Sequence record: OR437326.1
Source: Escherichia phage iGC_PHA_EC001
Reading direction: 5' to 3' (one strand)
DNA length: 64,000 nt
The notes under the pieces are model-generated. The model was not told the DNA's origin. It saw only the letters and a list, made by a program, of their open reading frames with translations, and did not search any database. Positions within the stretch are counted from its first letter, which is position 1, and every line of letters begins with the position of its first letter. Made by a program: the position numbers and the translations under genes. Positions 1 through 8,914 of this stretch are shown here, piece by piece.

Positions 1-37
1 AATGTGCAAGGTAGTAATCACGGATTTCTTCAGTCAT
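1..37 (-). CDS. partial CDS, 5' end only (gene continues beyond window start)
   Basis: ATG at 35-37 on minus strand preceded by AGGAGA RBS (plus 39-50); only about 12 codons inside window. Confidence 0.3.
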   Translation of the reverse strand, partial: MTEEIRDYYLAH

Positions 38-57
38 TTTATTCTCCTAATAAGAAA

Positions 58-71
58 GGGGCCGAAGCCCC
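58..71 (-). terminator. GC-rich hairpin GGGGCCGAAGCCCC flanked by A/T runs; putative intrinsic terminator downstream of Sir2-like gene
   Basis: perfect palindromic stem with 4-nt loop followed on minus strand by T-rich tract; same hairpin recurs at 12143 and 16428. Confidence 0.5.
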
Positions 72-80
72 TTGAGTGGT

Positions 81-881
81 TTATTTGTTTAAGTGGTCTT
101 CGACCATTTTAATAAAACCTTCATTGCTGAAGGCTGTTGCAGCTTTTTCTCGGTAAACAAAAACTCCACGATCTTCATAGAGAAGTGTTTCTTCGTAATT
201 AACTCCAGGGTTAACTACAACCATTTTTGTCCCGATGTTAAGAGCAGGAAAAAGCTCCCAGTTAAAATTGATAACTTGATTAGAGCAACCCACTACAATC
301 ACCATATCTTGAGCCGTCAAGCCGTCTAAGATGTGGTACATATCGTTATACAATGGGGCAGTTTCCCCAAAGAACACTACATTAGGCTTCACATACTTGT
401 AATCATCTACATCGATAGCAGCATAGCCAACATCTTTGATGATTCTATTGTCTACGATCACTTCAGGCAGGAAGCCGTGAACATGTAGAACATCTTCATG
501 AACAACACCCGCTTGTTCCAGAAGATCATCTACGTTTGTCGTGATGTTGATAACACGATCACAGCCGTACTCTTGAAACCATTCCGCGATCTGGTAATGC
601 GCAGCGTTAGGAGTTACACTATCCATCTCTACGCGACGTTTATTGTAGAAGTCATGAGTTTTACGGTAGAGGTTGTATCCCTCTGCATCTAATCCGCCAA
701 CAGCCCCAGGAACACACTGTTCTTGTTGGTATCCAGCACGGAAGTTGAAAATGTCACACACTTCAGAAAGGTCGTATTCATCCCACAAAGCTTTGCCACT
801 TTCTGTGTCAGTGCGGAAAGTACGAACACCGCTATCGGCGCTTAAGCCAGCGCCGCTGATCACTATTAATCGTCTTGGCAT
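81..881 (-). CDS. Sir2-family NAD-dependent deacetylase/ADP-ribosyltransferase-like protein
   Basis: N-terminal GAGLSADSGVRTFR resembles Sir2 NAD-binding motif (GAGIS..SGIP.FR); RBS GAGGAGG before ATG. Confidence 0.65.
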   Translation of the reverse strand: MPRRLIVISGAGLSADSGVRTFRTDTESGKALWDEYDLSEVCDIFNFRAGYQQEQCVPGAVGGLDAEGYNLYRKTHDFYNKRRVEMDSVTPNAAHYQIAEWFQEYGCDRVINITTNVDDLLEQAGVVHEDVLHVHGFLPEVIVDNRIIKDVGYAAIDVDDYKYVKPNVVFFGETAPLYNDMYHILDGLTAQDMVIVVGCSNQVINFNWELFPALNIGTKMVVVNPGVNYEETLLYEDRGVFVYREKAATAFSNEGFIKMVEDHLNK

Positions 882-1357
882 TCTTCCTCCTCATAATCTT
901 CATCATCCAAATCGTACACTTCGTCTTGAGAATAACTCACTTCAAAGTAAATATCAAACTCTGCAAACAAACGTAGAATGTTGGACATGCTGTAATAGTT
1001 ATCATAAGCTTCCTCTGCTTCATAGTAGAGGCGTAGCAAACGTTCAGCTTCTTCGTCTTCTACCCATTTATGATCAACATAAACAGAAGCGGCATAAATA
1101 TTGTAGGCTTGTTCTCGACTATCAGCAAGATTTCGGCTTAACAGTTCAGGGAAGTCTTTACCATTTACATTTAGTCTTCCGCATAACCACAAAGCAATAT
1201 CATGCCAATCTGCATCCTCTCCGCTGAAGCAGCTTGCGACTTCGCCAAACTTGGCATCGCCTAAGTCTCCGCTAATAGTGATCATGGTTGAACTATTGTA
1301 ACCACAAGTTTCGCAATTTGAACAACTGTTGTGCACATGAATTTCTACTTGAAACAT
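866..1357 (-). CDS. hypothetical acidic Cys-containing protein
   Basis: ORF track 866-1369; start moved to internal ATG (MFQVEIHV) because first ATG lies inside the GGGAGGAAAT RBS; very acidic C-terminus (DLDDEDYEEEECQDD), CxxC pair. Confidence 0.5.
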   Translation of the reverse strand: MFQVEIHVHNSCSNCETCGYNSSTMITISGDLGDAKFGEVASCFSGEDADWHDIALWLCGRLNVNGKDFPELLSRNLADSREQAYNIYAASVYVDHKWVEDEEAERLLRLYYEAEEAYDNYYSMSNILRLFAEFDIYFEVSYSQDEVYDLDDEDYEEEECQDD

Positions 1358-1377
1358 ATTTCCTCCCATAAAAGAAA

Positions 1378-1400
1378 AGCCCCCTGAAACAGGAGGCTTT
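1378..1400 (-). terminator. putative intrinsic terminator
   Basis: minus strand GCCTCCTGTTTCAGGGGGC hairpin followed by TTTTCTTTTAT, located between convergent-ordered genes 1416-2069 and 866-1357. Confidence 0.5.
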
Positions 1401-1415
1401 GTTCAGATTCTGGCA

Positions 1416-2069
1416 CTATACCAGACTTTGTAGGTATTTGTCAAGGGCTTCTTGATCACCTTGACAAACATAGCAACGGAAGTCTTGAGCCGAAGGTTGT
1501 TTATTTTCATCCCAGTCCCAATAAACATTACCCTTATAACGTGAACCAGGAAACTCAAAAGAGGCTATATGTGTAATGTATCCTGGGCCACCAGTGAAAT
1601 CACAGAATGAGAATTGGGGGTATGCCGCCTTTACTGCCTCAATAAACCAAGCTTTACGATCTAAGGCTTCATTGATGCTATACGCATGTCTCTCCATTTC
1701 TTCCCAAGTCTTCCAGACACTTCTCTCATCAGGAGAAAAGACAAGCCATTCTGGAAGGTAGAGAGTGTCATAGTAATCATCATATTCGATCTCGGAGGCG
1801 CACGAAGCTGACTCCTCCAGTTTTGAGTAATCAAAAGCAGAATATACCCACCAACCATCTTCCAGTAAGGCTTTGATAGGGACGAAGCCTTTATCAGCAT
1901 ATTGATCGAATTGTTTGACACGGTGGCTTGTGCAGTCTTCAAACTCACATTCTAAACGATATGCACCTTTTCGACGAGCCTCAAGACCGTGTGTACTGAA
2001 AATAACAACACTTCCTTCACCATCATTACGATCTACTTGATAAGCAACTACTGGTTTTGAATTTGACAT
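1416..2069 (-). CDS. hypothetical protein
   Basis: 217-aa ORF with AAGGAGAAATA RBS. Confidence 0.55.
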   Translation of the reverse strand: MSNSKPVVAYQVDRNDGEGSVVIFSTHGLEARRKGAYRLECEFEDCTSHRVKQFDQYADKGFVPIKALLEDGWWVYSAFDYSKLEESASCASEIEYDDYYDTLYLPEWLVFSPDERSVWKTWEEMERHAYSINEALDRKAWFIEAVKAAYPQFSFCDFTGGPGYITHIASFEFPGSRYKGNVYWDWDENKQPSAQDFRCYVCQGDQEALDKYLQSLV

Positions 2070-2752
2070 TATTTCTCCTTATCTAGAAGATTGTTAGACA
2101 AAAACACGGCACGAGCAAAACCACGTGCGGTTAGGGATCTAAGTTGTTTTGTTTTTGCACTAGCTCCACCTAAGCTTTTCCAACCCCAGAAGCAGCCTAT
2201 ATGATCTACTGGTTTCTTCACTGGTTGAACAAAACCATTGCCGTGCCAAATACAAGTTTTCTTTGTATACCCATCACGGGTAGGCATTTTAGGATGAAAG
2301 CTTCCTTCCTCTTCAAACAAATACCCACCATACTCATAAGGATCAAAGTAAAAATCGGGTTTACGCCATAAGGTTGAAAGTTTACCTACTGGGTTCTCAA
2401 TCATCCAAGGAACATTATATTTGTTACCCAAAGCTTCCACTACACGAATATTAGCTAAAGCTTCATCTAATTCCTCTGTGCTACGTTCGTGTTTGCTACC
2501 ACTACCCGCTAACATAGTGCAAGGTGGAAATCCAAAAATAATATCGGGTTTAGGTATCCCATGATCTTCAGGGTTGAATGTAGAATCTATCCAGGCATTC
2601 ACATAGGTTATGTTTGGGTGCTCCATCCTAACCTCGTATTTACCGTGATCCCCTTCATCAGCGTTTACACAAAAACACTTGTGACCTGCTTCGGCATAAC
2701 GTAACACCATGATCCCAGATCCGTCAAACATAGACAAAACTGTTTTACTCAT
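2069..2752 (-). CDS. C5-cytosine methyltransferase-like protein (short, no obvious target-recognition domain)
   Basis: motif I-like FDGSG, motif IV-like GFPPC (Pro-Cys catalytic dipeptide), motif VI-like ENPVGKL; start set at MSKTVLS after GGAGGGGTA RBS (track ORF starts earlier). Confidence 0.5.
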   Translation of the reverse strand: MSKTVLSMFDGSGIMVLRYAEAGHKCFCVNADEGDHGKYEVRMEHPNITYVNAWIDSTFNPEDHGIPKPDIIFGFPPCTMLAGSGSKHERSTEELDEALANIRVVEALGNKYNVPWMIENPVGKLSTLWRKPDFYFDPYEYGGYLFEEEGSFHPKMPTRDGYTKKTCIWHGNGFVQPVKKPVDHIGCFWGWKSLGGASAKTKQLRSLTARGFARAVFLSNNLLDKEK

Positions 2753-3140
2753 TACCCCTCCATTCAAGACAAGCCATAACTTTACGCCAATCACTTTCTG
2801 TAAGAAAAATCTCGTTTGCTTTCTTCCACAAATCTAAATCGTGAAGGGTTGGAATACGATATGTTAGTTCACAGAATCTATGCTCTTCTTCTGTAATATA
2901 ACCAAAATGCAGAGCCACATCGTGAAACCAACACCAACCATGCATCTCTCGAACAACATGGTCATGCTGAGACATTGTTTTATGCCGTAAACCTAACCAA
3001 CAAGGAACAGATACTTTAGTAGTCTTTAATCTGTGATCAACAGTATTAGAGTATTCAATAATAGCTGTCAGTTTCAATCGTGCTTTTTCTAAATCCTCAT
3101 GGGTCACTTTGAAATAACTTTCTGAAAGATATCCACACAT
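2745..3140 (-). CDS. hypothetical protein
   Basis: ORF with GAAGGAGG RBS before ATG (MCGYLSES); track ORF begins at upstream TTG. Confidence 0.5.
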   Translation of the reverse strand: MCGYLSESYFKVTHEDLEKARLKLTAIIEYSNTVDHRLKTTKVSVPCWLGLRHKTMSQHDHVVREMHGWCWFHDVALHFGYITEEEHRFCELTYRIPTLHDLDLWKKANEIFLTESDWRKVMACLEWRGNE

Positions 3141-3141
3141 A

Positions 3142-4083
3142 TTAATAACCTCCTTCAAAAGGCTTAACTACATGTTGATTAGCTTTAAAACGTTCAACAT
3201 AGTCGTTTTCGCCCATGTTTTCATATAGCTTAGTAACAACATAAAAGTTTTCCCAAGCATATTCCCTAAACCAACCACTAGTGATGGATGTGCAGACTTT
3301 AGATAAAGCCATTATAAAACTTTGCTTAGGGGTTGGACCTCCGATCTCTTCACCGAAAGGAATTTGTGAACGTTCCAAAGCCAAAACACACGCTTCTTCA
3401 TAAACACCTAACAGGCGCACATGTTTTGGTTGAGCAAAAAACTTTTCTTTGCTGGTCATAACTTCACTTCCATCTTTCATATAAGATTTATATGCTGGAG
3501 CATCCATTACCGCGATTGCTTCATGGATAGAATCATGATCATAAACATACGGAACCTCATCCCCTTTAAAGAAGTCTTTACTTTTTACGTTTAAGTTCGG
3601 ATGAGAGTAAGTGTATGTTTCTTTCTCACGCAACTCATAAATACTCTTAAGATTTTCTGGGATCTTTGCACCCAGTGACCGCATGAAATGAATATCTTTC
3701 ATAGTTTTAAAGAAGTGAGGACTATCCTTTTTAAAACGATGACTCATTTTAAGAAGGTAGAGCACATCTAAAGGAGCAACAACATGTCCAGCGTAAGTTC
3801 GACGAACATCATCAGAATCTTCACAATAGCTAATCAAAGCTTCTGTGCTATCTCCTTGAGAAGCAATATCGTATTCCAAATGTGCACCAGCTATCATTTT
3901 GACATGGCCTTTGTTTCCTTTACGTTCTACAAGTTCAACAAACTCCTCTTGAGAGAACATTTTTGATAATTCTTCCCACTCTTGTTCTGTACACAGGTAA
4001 TCTAAATCTACACAAGGGCGATACAAGTCTTTTCCCATGTCCATAGCATGAATTTGCAATGCACGGCTACCAATTAACACCAT
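3142..4083 (-). CDS. hypothetical protein with possible Pol-beta-type nucleotidyltransferase fold
   Basis: N-terminal LIGSRALQIH...CVDLDYL fits hG[GS]...DxD minimal nucleotidyltransferase signature; 313 aa; GAGGAG RBS. Confidence 0.45.
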   Translation of the reverse strand: MVLIGSRALQIHAMDMGKDLYRPCVDLDYLCTEQEWEELSKMFSQEEFVELVERKGNKGHVKMIAGAHLEYDIASQGDSTEALISYCEDSDDVRRTYAGHVVAPLDVLYLLKMSHRFKKDSPHFFKTMKDIHFMRSLGAKIPENLKSIYELREKETYTYSHPNLNVKSKDFFKGDEVPYVYDHDSIHEAIAVMDAPAYKSYMKDGSEVMTSKEKFFAQPKHVRLLGVYEEACVLALERSQIPFGEEIGGPTPKQSFIMALSKVCTSITSGWFREYAWENFYVVTKLYENMGENDYVERFKANQHVVKPFEGGY

Positions 4084-4107
4084 AATATTTCTCCTCTATT
4101 GGTTGAT

Positions 4108-4142
4108 AGGTTAAGTTTATCAAGCTTCCAGATTCCTGTCAA
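4108..4142 (-). promoter_or_regulatory. putative sigma70-like promoter for leftward transcription
   Basis: minus strand TTGACA - 17 nt - TAAACT upstream of RBS of gene 3142-4083. Confidence 0.4.
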
Positions 4143-4149
4143 TAAAAAA

Positions 4150-4163
4150 CCCGCCGAAGCGGG
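4150..4163 (-). terminator. GC hairpin CCCGCCGAAGCGGG with flanking A/T runs, putative (possibly bidirectional) terminator
   Basis: palindromic stem, T-run on minus strand, A-run on plus strand. Confidence 0.5.
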
Positions 4164-4173
4164 TTATTATTTA

Positions 4174-4446
4174 CTAACACATTGAGGAAGAAGAGATCCA
4201 AACACCTCTTGTGGTTAAACCATTTTCATCCAACTCTACACCATAATCTTCACAAATGAAATCAATATAGTGATCTGCGGCTGGCGTTCCTGTAGGGTAA
4301 TAAGTTTCTCCGTTACCGTAGTCACCTATCCAAGCTTGTTCCTGAAACTGTTCACAAAGTTCTTCAATTTCCTTACGAAACTTTCTTTGTGCTTGTTCCA
4401 TCTCTTTAACTTTCTTTTTTATCAGCAGTTCGCCTTCAGACTCCAC
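4174..4446 (-). CDS. small acidic protein, paralog family member A (C-terminal W-I-SSSS-M-C)
   Basis: GTG start with AAGGAGAG RBS; C-terminus GVWISSSSMC shared with two neighbouring ORFs. Confidence 0.5.
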   Translation of the reverse strand: MESEGELLIKKKVKEMEQAQRKFRKEIEELCEQFQEQAWIGDYGNGETYYPTGTPAADHYIDFICEDYGVELDENGLTTRGVWISSSSMC

Positions 4447-4455
4447 AATCTCTCC

Positions 4456-4674
4456 TTAACAGCTACTACTGTGCCAAACGCCTTGAGAATTAACGACGAA
4501 ACCATCATCACCTTCACCATAACAAGAAGAGGATTGCCAATCTTCAAAACAGATTGCGTCATCTTCTAAACTAAGACCAAAACCAGCATCTTCAGCTTCT
4601 TTTGTAAGTTCGTCCACTAAAGCCATAATAGCTTGGGCTTTTTCAGTTAATTCTTCAACATTACGATAACTCAT
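4456..4674 (-). CDS. small acidic protein, paralog family member B (two W-x-SSS-C motifs)
   Basis: start at MSYRNVEEL after GAGGAGAAATACTA RBS; internal WQSSSC and C-terminal WHSSSC. Confidence 0.5.
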   Translation of the reverse strand: MSYRNVEELTEKAQAIMALVDELTKEAEDAGFGLSLEDDAICFEDWQSSSCYGEGDDGFVVNSQGVWHSSSC

Positions 4675-4943
4675 TAGTATTTCTCCTCTGGTTGGAAAAC
4701 GGAACGACAGGCCCACATAGAAGCTTCTTTCAACTTAGTCTTTGCTATTGAAATTTGGTCAAGGCGGGTGGATATATTGGTAGACTCTTCCAAATCTTCA
4801 CAATCATCCAGTTCAGTCCACAATTCAGACATTAGAGCATCAAAGATTAAGCCTAATCGAACTTCAGCATCTTTAATAGCATTCACTTTACCAATTTTGT
4901 CATCGGTATGCGGTTTATAACCTTTGATATCTTCGATTCCCAC
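4674..4943 (-). CDS. hypothetical protein
   Basis: ORF track 4674-4982; preferred start GTG after AGGAGGTAAA RBS, which avoids overlap with upstream gene. Confidence 0.4.
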   Translation of the reverse strand: MGIEDIKGYKPHTDDKIGKVNAIKDAEVRLGLIFDALMSELWTELDDCEDLEESTNISTRLDQISIAKTKLKEASMWACRSVFQPEEKY

Positions 4944-4954
4944 TTTACCTCCTA

Positions 4955-5152
4955 TTAACAACTTAAAGAAGATGGATGCCAATTTGTTCCAGTATTCTCA
5001 TTTTCATCTTCTGGATCATAATAACCACCCATCCCATATTCAGGGGAGAAACTGAAACCTTCACCAGTCTCGTCTGCTAACTGCTCTGCTTCCGCTAAAG
5101 CCTCATAAGCTGCTTTTACGGCTTCTTCTACTGTTTTAAACTTGGTCGTCAT
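4955..5152 (-). CDS. small acidic protein, paralog family member C (C-terminal W-H-PSSLS-C)
   Basis: RBS GGAGAGGAGAAATTTT before ATG; C-terminus NWHPSSLSC. Confidence 0.5.
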   Translation of the reverse strand: MTTKFKTVEEAVKAAYEALAEAEQLADETGEGFSFSPEYGMGGYYDPEDENENTGTNWHPSSLSC

Positions 5153-5426
5153 AAAATTTCTCCTCTCCTAAAGACATGTTGACATGAAATGCGCGGTATG
5201 TAAATTCGTTGTCCGTTGTGTTAGAATAAAACTCAAATTGAACAACACCATCTTGAGAAGACAGATACATGCCAATTTGAACTGTTCCTTCTGGTACCAG
5301 GTAAGCATACTCTGGGCGTAGTGTTACATTGTAAAAATAAAGTTCCCCAACACCCATTTCATCCCAAGCTTCCCAAGCGGTAACGAAGTTACTTTCAAAA
5401 CTTGTTACTGATCCGAACTCTGCCAT
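5136..5426 (-). CDS. hypothetical protein
   Basis: RBS GAGGAGG; 96 aa. Confidence 0.5.
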   Translation of the reverse strand: MAEFGSVTSFESNFVTAWEAWDEMGVGELYFYNVTLRPEYAYLVPEGTVQIGMYLSSQDGVVQFEFYSNTTDNEFTYRAFHVNMSLGEEKFYDDQV

Positions 5427-5917
5427 AAAACCTCCTCAATCTTGTAGTTTGACTCCATCTCCAACACATTTCCACGAACGTCTCTCCGAAGAAAGGCATA
5501 AGCTTTATTAGGTATTGTAGACTCATATTTAACCATATCTGGCACAGCAAAAGATACTACTACTCCTGCTGGGCTTCTGTCAAGAGCCTTATTAATATTT
5601 CTAAGGATATCGTTAGCCAAGATTTCTGCCAATTCTCCAAGAACGGTTTCGGTTATATCTTTATATCCCATTAAGTATTTGTTGATATCTTTCATCTCTG
5701 TATTGTTCAGAGTATAATCCAAAGGATAGAAATTCAAAGCGGAGTCACTTTTATGTGTCCACATGAAATGCACCCGATCCGAGCAGAATCGTAACCCTCT
5801 TTGAAGAATATCTTCTACAACAGGCAGAATTTCTTTTGTCACATCATTAACCATGTTGTAATCTAAGATTTCTGCCAAGTTTGTTCTTTGTTCACCACGT
5901 TTACGTTTAGGAATCAC
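5405..5917 (-). CDS. hypothetical protein
   Basis: GTG start with GAGGG RBS; 170 aa. Confidence 0.45.
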   Translation of the reverse strand: MIPKRKRGEQRTNLAEILDYNMVNDVTKEILPVVEDILQRGLRFCSDRVHFMWTHKSDSALNFYPLDYTLNNTEMKDINKYLMGYKDITETVLGELAEILANDILRNINKALDRSPAGVVVSFAVPDMVKYESTIPNKAYAFLRRDVRGNVLEMESNYKIEEVLWQSSDQ

Positions 5918-6488
5918 TTGTTATTGCCCTCATTACCAAAGGTCGTAGAAAATCGTAAATCTCTTGTTTTGTTTTCCCACGAATGTTTAAACAAGGAACA
6001 TTATTGGCTTTAGCTATCTTCCAAGCCGTAGCTGTTCCACCTTTTGCATCTCCATGTTTATCAGTATTAGCACAAGCCAACAAGAAACATGATGGAGCAG
6101 GATTCTCCAAATCTCTACCTAACACTTGATGCACATTACGTTGGTGCAATTTTCTAGCACCCTGCTTAAGCTTTTCATAGGCTGGGTGAACATCTTTGAT
6201 CCATTGCACAGAGATAGCATAGTTCATTGTATCTGGTTTTGCAAGAACAATAACATCCCCTGGAATCTGATTACCTTTGAAATTTTCCCAAGGAACATAA
6301 ATCTCCTTGTTAGTAGGATTTTCAGACTCTTGGACACCTGTTTCAAAAGCAGAATCACTACCCTCTGCCTTCCCAGACCTTAATTTAAACCCAAGGTTTG
6401 AAAGCCATTTCCCTATGCCTACCATCAAAGCCCACTCTTCTTCGGATATGTCTCTACTTCCAACTCCCGTATAGAACAGTTCTGCCAT
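5907..6488 (-). CDS. DprA/SLOG-like Rossmann-fold protein (putative nucleotide-binding)
   Basis: TGVGSRD ... SGKAEGSDSA resembles DprA/Smf motif (GSR ... SGxAxGID); start at MAELFY after GAGGTG RBS. Confidence 0.4.
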   Translation of the reverse strand: MAELFYTGVGSRDISEEEWALMVGIGKWLSNLGFKLRSGKAEGSDSAFETGVQESENPTNKEIYVPWENFKGNQIPGDVIVLAKPDTMNYAISVQWIKDVHPAYEKLKQGARKLHQRNVHQVLGRDLENPAPSCFLLACANTDKHGDAKGGTATAWKIAKANNVPCLNIRGKTKQEIYDFLRPLVMRAITSDS

Positions 6489-6495
6489 AATCACC

Positions 6496-6804
6496 TCAAC
6501 AAGTAATTTCAAAAGGTGTATACGGTTCCGTATTTCTCATGATCCAAGGACTGCTAGGATTGCTCGGATCATAAGGACCAAAAGGTTTTATGGTCGGTTG
6601 TGTTTCTTTCTTCTGAATCTCTTCAAAAATACGACGAAGTTCAGAATATTCTTGATCCACCATAAGATTCGGTGCATCTGATTCTACAGCTTGCAGGTTA
6701 TCTTCCTTAAGAACAATCTCACGAACAAGATTAACATCTTCTGTTTCTAAGATAACTTCTTTACGGATATTACCTACACTTTGAATAATTGTAATCTTAT
6801 ACAT
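6496..6804 (-). CDS. hypothetical protein
   Basis: RBS GAGGAGG; 102 aa. Confidence 0.5.
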   Translation of the reverse strand: MYKITIIQSVGNIRKEVILETEDVNLVREIVLKEDNLQAVESDAPNLMVDQEYSELRRIFEEIQKKETQPTIKPFGPYDPSNPSSPWIMRNTEPYTPFEITC

Positions 6805-7547
6805 TAATCCTCCTCAAGAGTTGAATAAAATTGAAGACCACCGTCCATATCGAAATAAGCAAATGTTAAGTTATTGTTGAACACAGATCCAGTATCCATA
6901 TAAACACGATTCGCATTGATAATAGGTGTTTTTACATAAGAGTGTCCATGAAACACATAATCCACACCCATCACAACAGGAAGTTTCATTCCCTCTTTAG
7001 CACAGTCTACCATATCTCTGTCCCACATAAGTGCTTCAGCAAAACGGTTTTCCTGTGTTTTTGTCATCTTCGAAATGTATTCTGGAATATCTGTTACAGG
7101 GAGATATTCCAAAGAAGATGGATACCCACCATGAATAAACGCAAGTTTCATGCCTCTGTAGTTAACAATGAGAACAACAGGTAAATCTTCTGTCATCATT
7201 GCTAAGGCTGTAGCTCCTTCTTCACCACATTCTTCAAAGACCGTATATCCTCCATTTTGATACCAACACTCGTAGTAGCTACGATCTCCTTCCAGCATAC
7301 CTTTAATCATCATGTCTTCATGATTACCACGAATAGCGTAGCGATTGTGTTTACGAGTAAATTCTAAAACACAACGAAAGTTTTGCTTTCCACGGTCAGT
7401 AAGATCTCCTAGAGATACAACCACATCTGTATCTCGGATACCTAACTTTGCCTTTCCTTTTTCATACAAATTATAACAACCGTGTAGATCTCCAATTATA
7501 AAAAGATCTTGATCGCTTTTAACAGTAATTTCTCTGTGTATGATCAC
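6804..7547 (-). CDS. Ser/Thr protein phosphatase (calcineurin-like metallophosphoesterase, PP-lambda type)
   Basis: motifs GDLHG, GDLTDRG, GNHE in canonical order; GTG start after GAGGAGG RBS. Confidence 0.75.
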   Translation of the reverse strand: MIIHREITVKSDQDLFIIGDLHGCYNLYEKGKAKLGIRDTDVVVSLGDLTDRGKQNFRCVLEFTRKHNRYAIRGNHEDMMIKGMLEGDRSYYECWYQNGGYTVFEECGEEGATALAMMTEDLPVVLIVNYRGMKLAFIHGGYPSSLEYLPVTDIPEYISKMTKTQENRFAEALMWDRDMVDCAKEGMKLPVVMGVDYVFHGHSYVKTPIINANRVYMDTGSVFNNNLTFAYFDMDGGLQFYSTLEED

Positions 7548-7873
7548 TTATCCTCCTCAAAATCTAAGAAAATAAAAATATTCACCTTTCCTTCAATCTC
7601 TTGTTCTAAAACAAGATCGGCAAATTCTGCATAAGCTTTCTCTTCAACTTTTTCAATATGTTCTGCGGCATCTTTAAAAGGCGTATCCCCATCCACCTTT
7701 ACTAATAAGAAAAGAGATCGCATTTCGACGTTTTTACTGTTACGAGGAAGGAAATCTACAGCTTCAACAATTCTCCAACCCAAATAGCCAGGGGTTTTAT
7801 GAATCTCCCCTAAATACTTTTCTAAGATTTTACGACCCTCGTCGATAAGGGCTTGTTCTGTAGTAATTTCCAT
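7544..7873 (-). CDS. hypothetical protein
   Basis: RBS GAGGAGGAAGGA; 109 aa. Confidence 0.5.
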   Translation of the reverse strand: MEITTEQALIDEGRKILEKYLGEIHKTPGYLGWRIVEAVDFLPRNSKNVEMRSLFLLVKVDGDTPFKDAAEHIEKVEEKAYAEFADLVLEQEIEGKVNIFIFLDFEEDK

Positions 7874-7883
7874 TCCTTCCTCC

Positions 7884-8456
7884 TCAAATTATTAACGAAA
7901 CCGCATGACTAAATCTTGGTTCAGATATAACCTCTGCTACAGTCACATATGTATCGTGCAGCCAAAAAGATTCTACTCTACAAACACAAATACCGTTGAT
8001 AATGAAATCTACACAGGCTTTATTATTTTCGCACACTTGTTGACTATAAACAACCCCTAAAGAGTCATAAAGTGATCTCACTGTTGCTACCATTTCATCT
8101 GTTTCGTCTTCCTGTGAAACAAAGAAAACGAATACAGACAAGTTATTAGCGAAAGTATTGCTATTCTCTACTTCAACCGACTTACAAGGTAAAAAGGAGT
8201 AATATTTACCGTTAGGTATCAATTTCGCCTCAACCTGGTTAAGTATGCTTTGAGATGGTTTTGTTACATAAAAAAGATTTTCTGTTGGGTTTTCAACATT
8301 GCTCCTTACTATGCAACGAGTGGGGTTCGAAGGATCAAAAACATGATCGAAATCGACACACACAGGTAAGTTAACAACTTTAAACTTTTTGCTAAGAATG
8401 CTTACTGCTGTAAAAATCAAACCAGCATTTATTTTGCCAGTGAAAGTTGAACGCAT
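7884..8456 (-). CDS. hypothetical protein
   Basis: start set at MRSTFTGK after CGAGGAG RBS; track ORF 7884-8474. Confidence 0.5.
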   Translation of the reverse strand: MRSTFTGKINAGLIFTAVSILSKKFKVVNLPVCVDFDHVFDPSNPTRCIVRSNVENPTENLFYVTKPSQSILNQVEAKLIPNGKYYSFLPCKSVEVENSNTFANNLSVFVFFVSQEDETDEMVATVRSLYDSLGVVYSQQVCENNKACVDFIINGICVCRVESFWLHDTYVTVAEVISEPRFSHAVSLII

Positions 8457-8470
8457 AACTACTCCTCGGA

Positions 8471-8665
8471 TCATTCTACCAAAGAGAATTCCGCCTCTTC
8501 CAGGTAGATTACAGACCTTGTTGCATGATATTTAACGCTCCAGAAATTACCTTCGCGCCGTAAAAGTATCTCATTCACATCAAGATTGCTTAGAAAAACC
8601 ATATAACTTAAAGCTTGTTGACGCGTTGAGAATTGTTTCTCTAAAAGTTCTTCTCCGCTCTGCAT
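8471..8665 (-). CDS. hypothetical small protein
   Basis: RBS AAGGAGGG; 64 aa. Confidence 0.4.
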   Translation of the reverse strand: MQSGEELLEKQFSTRQQALSYMVFLSNLDVNEILLRREGNFWSVKYHATRSVIYLEEAEFSLVE

Positions 8666-8682
8666 AATCCCTCCTTAAAATA

Positions 8683-8704
8683 CTCCCTCCGAAAAGGGAG
8701 TATA
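8683..8704 (-). terminator. putative intrinsic terminator/stem-loop
   Basis: inverted repeat TACTCCC ... GGGAGTA with T-run on minus strand immediately before RBS of next gene. Confidence 0.45.
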
Positions 8705-8710
8705 AGTATA

Positions 8711-8890
8711 TCACGTAGTTGTTATGTTGTCTTCTTGGATACTAGAATCCACTTCTGCAAACATATCTTCTGCACTGTAATTATTTCCAGTCCAGCGTGA
8801 TAAAAGGATAGCACCAATCTCTTTTGCATGAGATTCGGACTCCGCATAAACGTTAGTCCCAGTGTCACCTTTTTTTCTTTTCATGTGCAT
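8711..8890 (-). CDS. hypothetical small protein (59 aa, below ORF-track cutoff)
   Basis: open frame MHMKRKKGDTGTNVYAESE... found by manual translation of minus strand; no clear RBS. Confidence 0.3.
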   Translation of the reverse strand: MHMKRKKGDTGTNVYAESESHAKEIGAILLSRWTGNNYSAEDMFAEVDSSIQEDNITTT

Positions 8891-8914
8891 AAATGCAGTA
8901 ATAATTGTAAGCCA

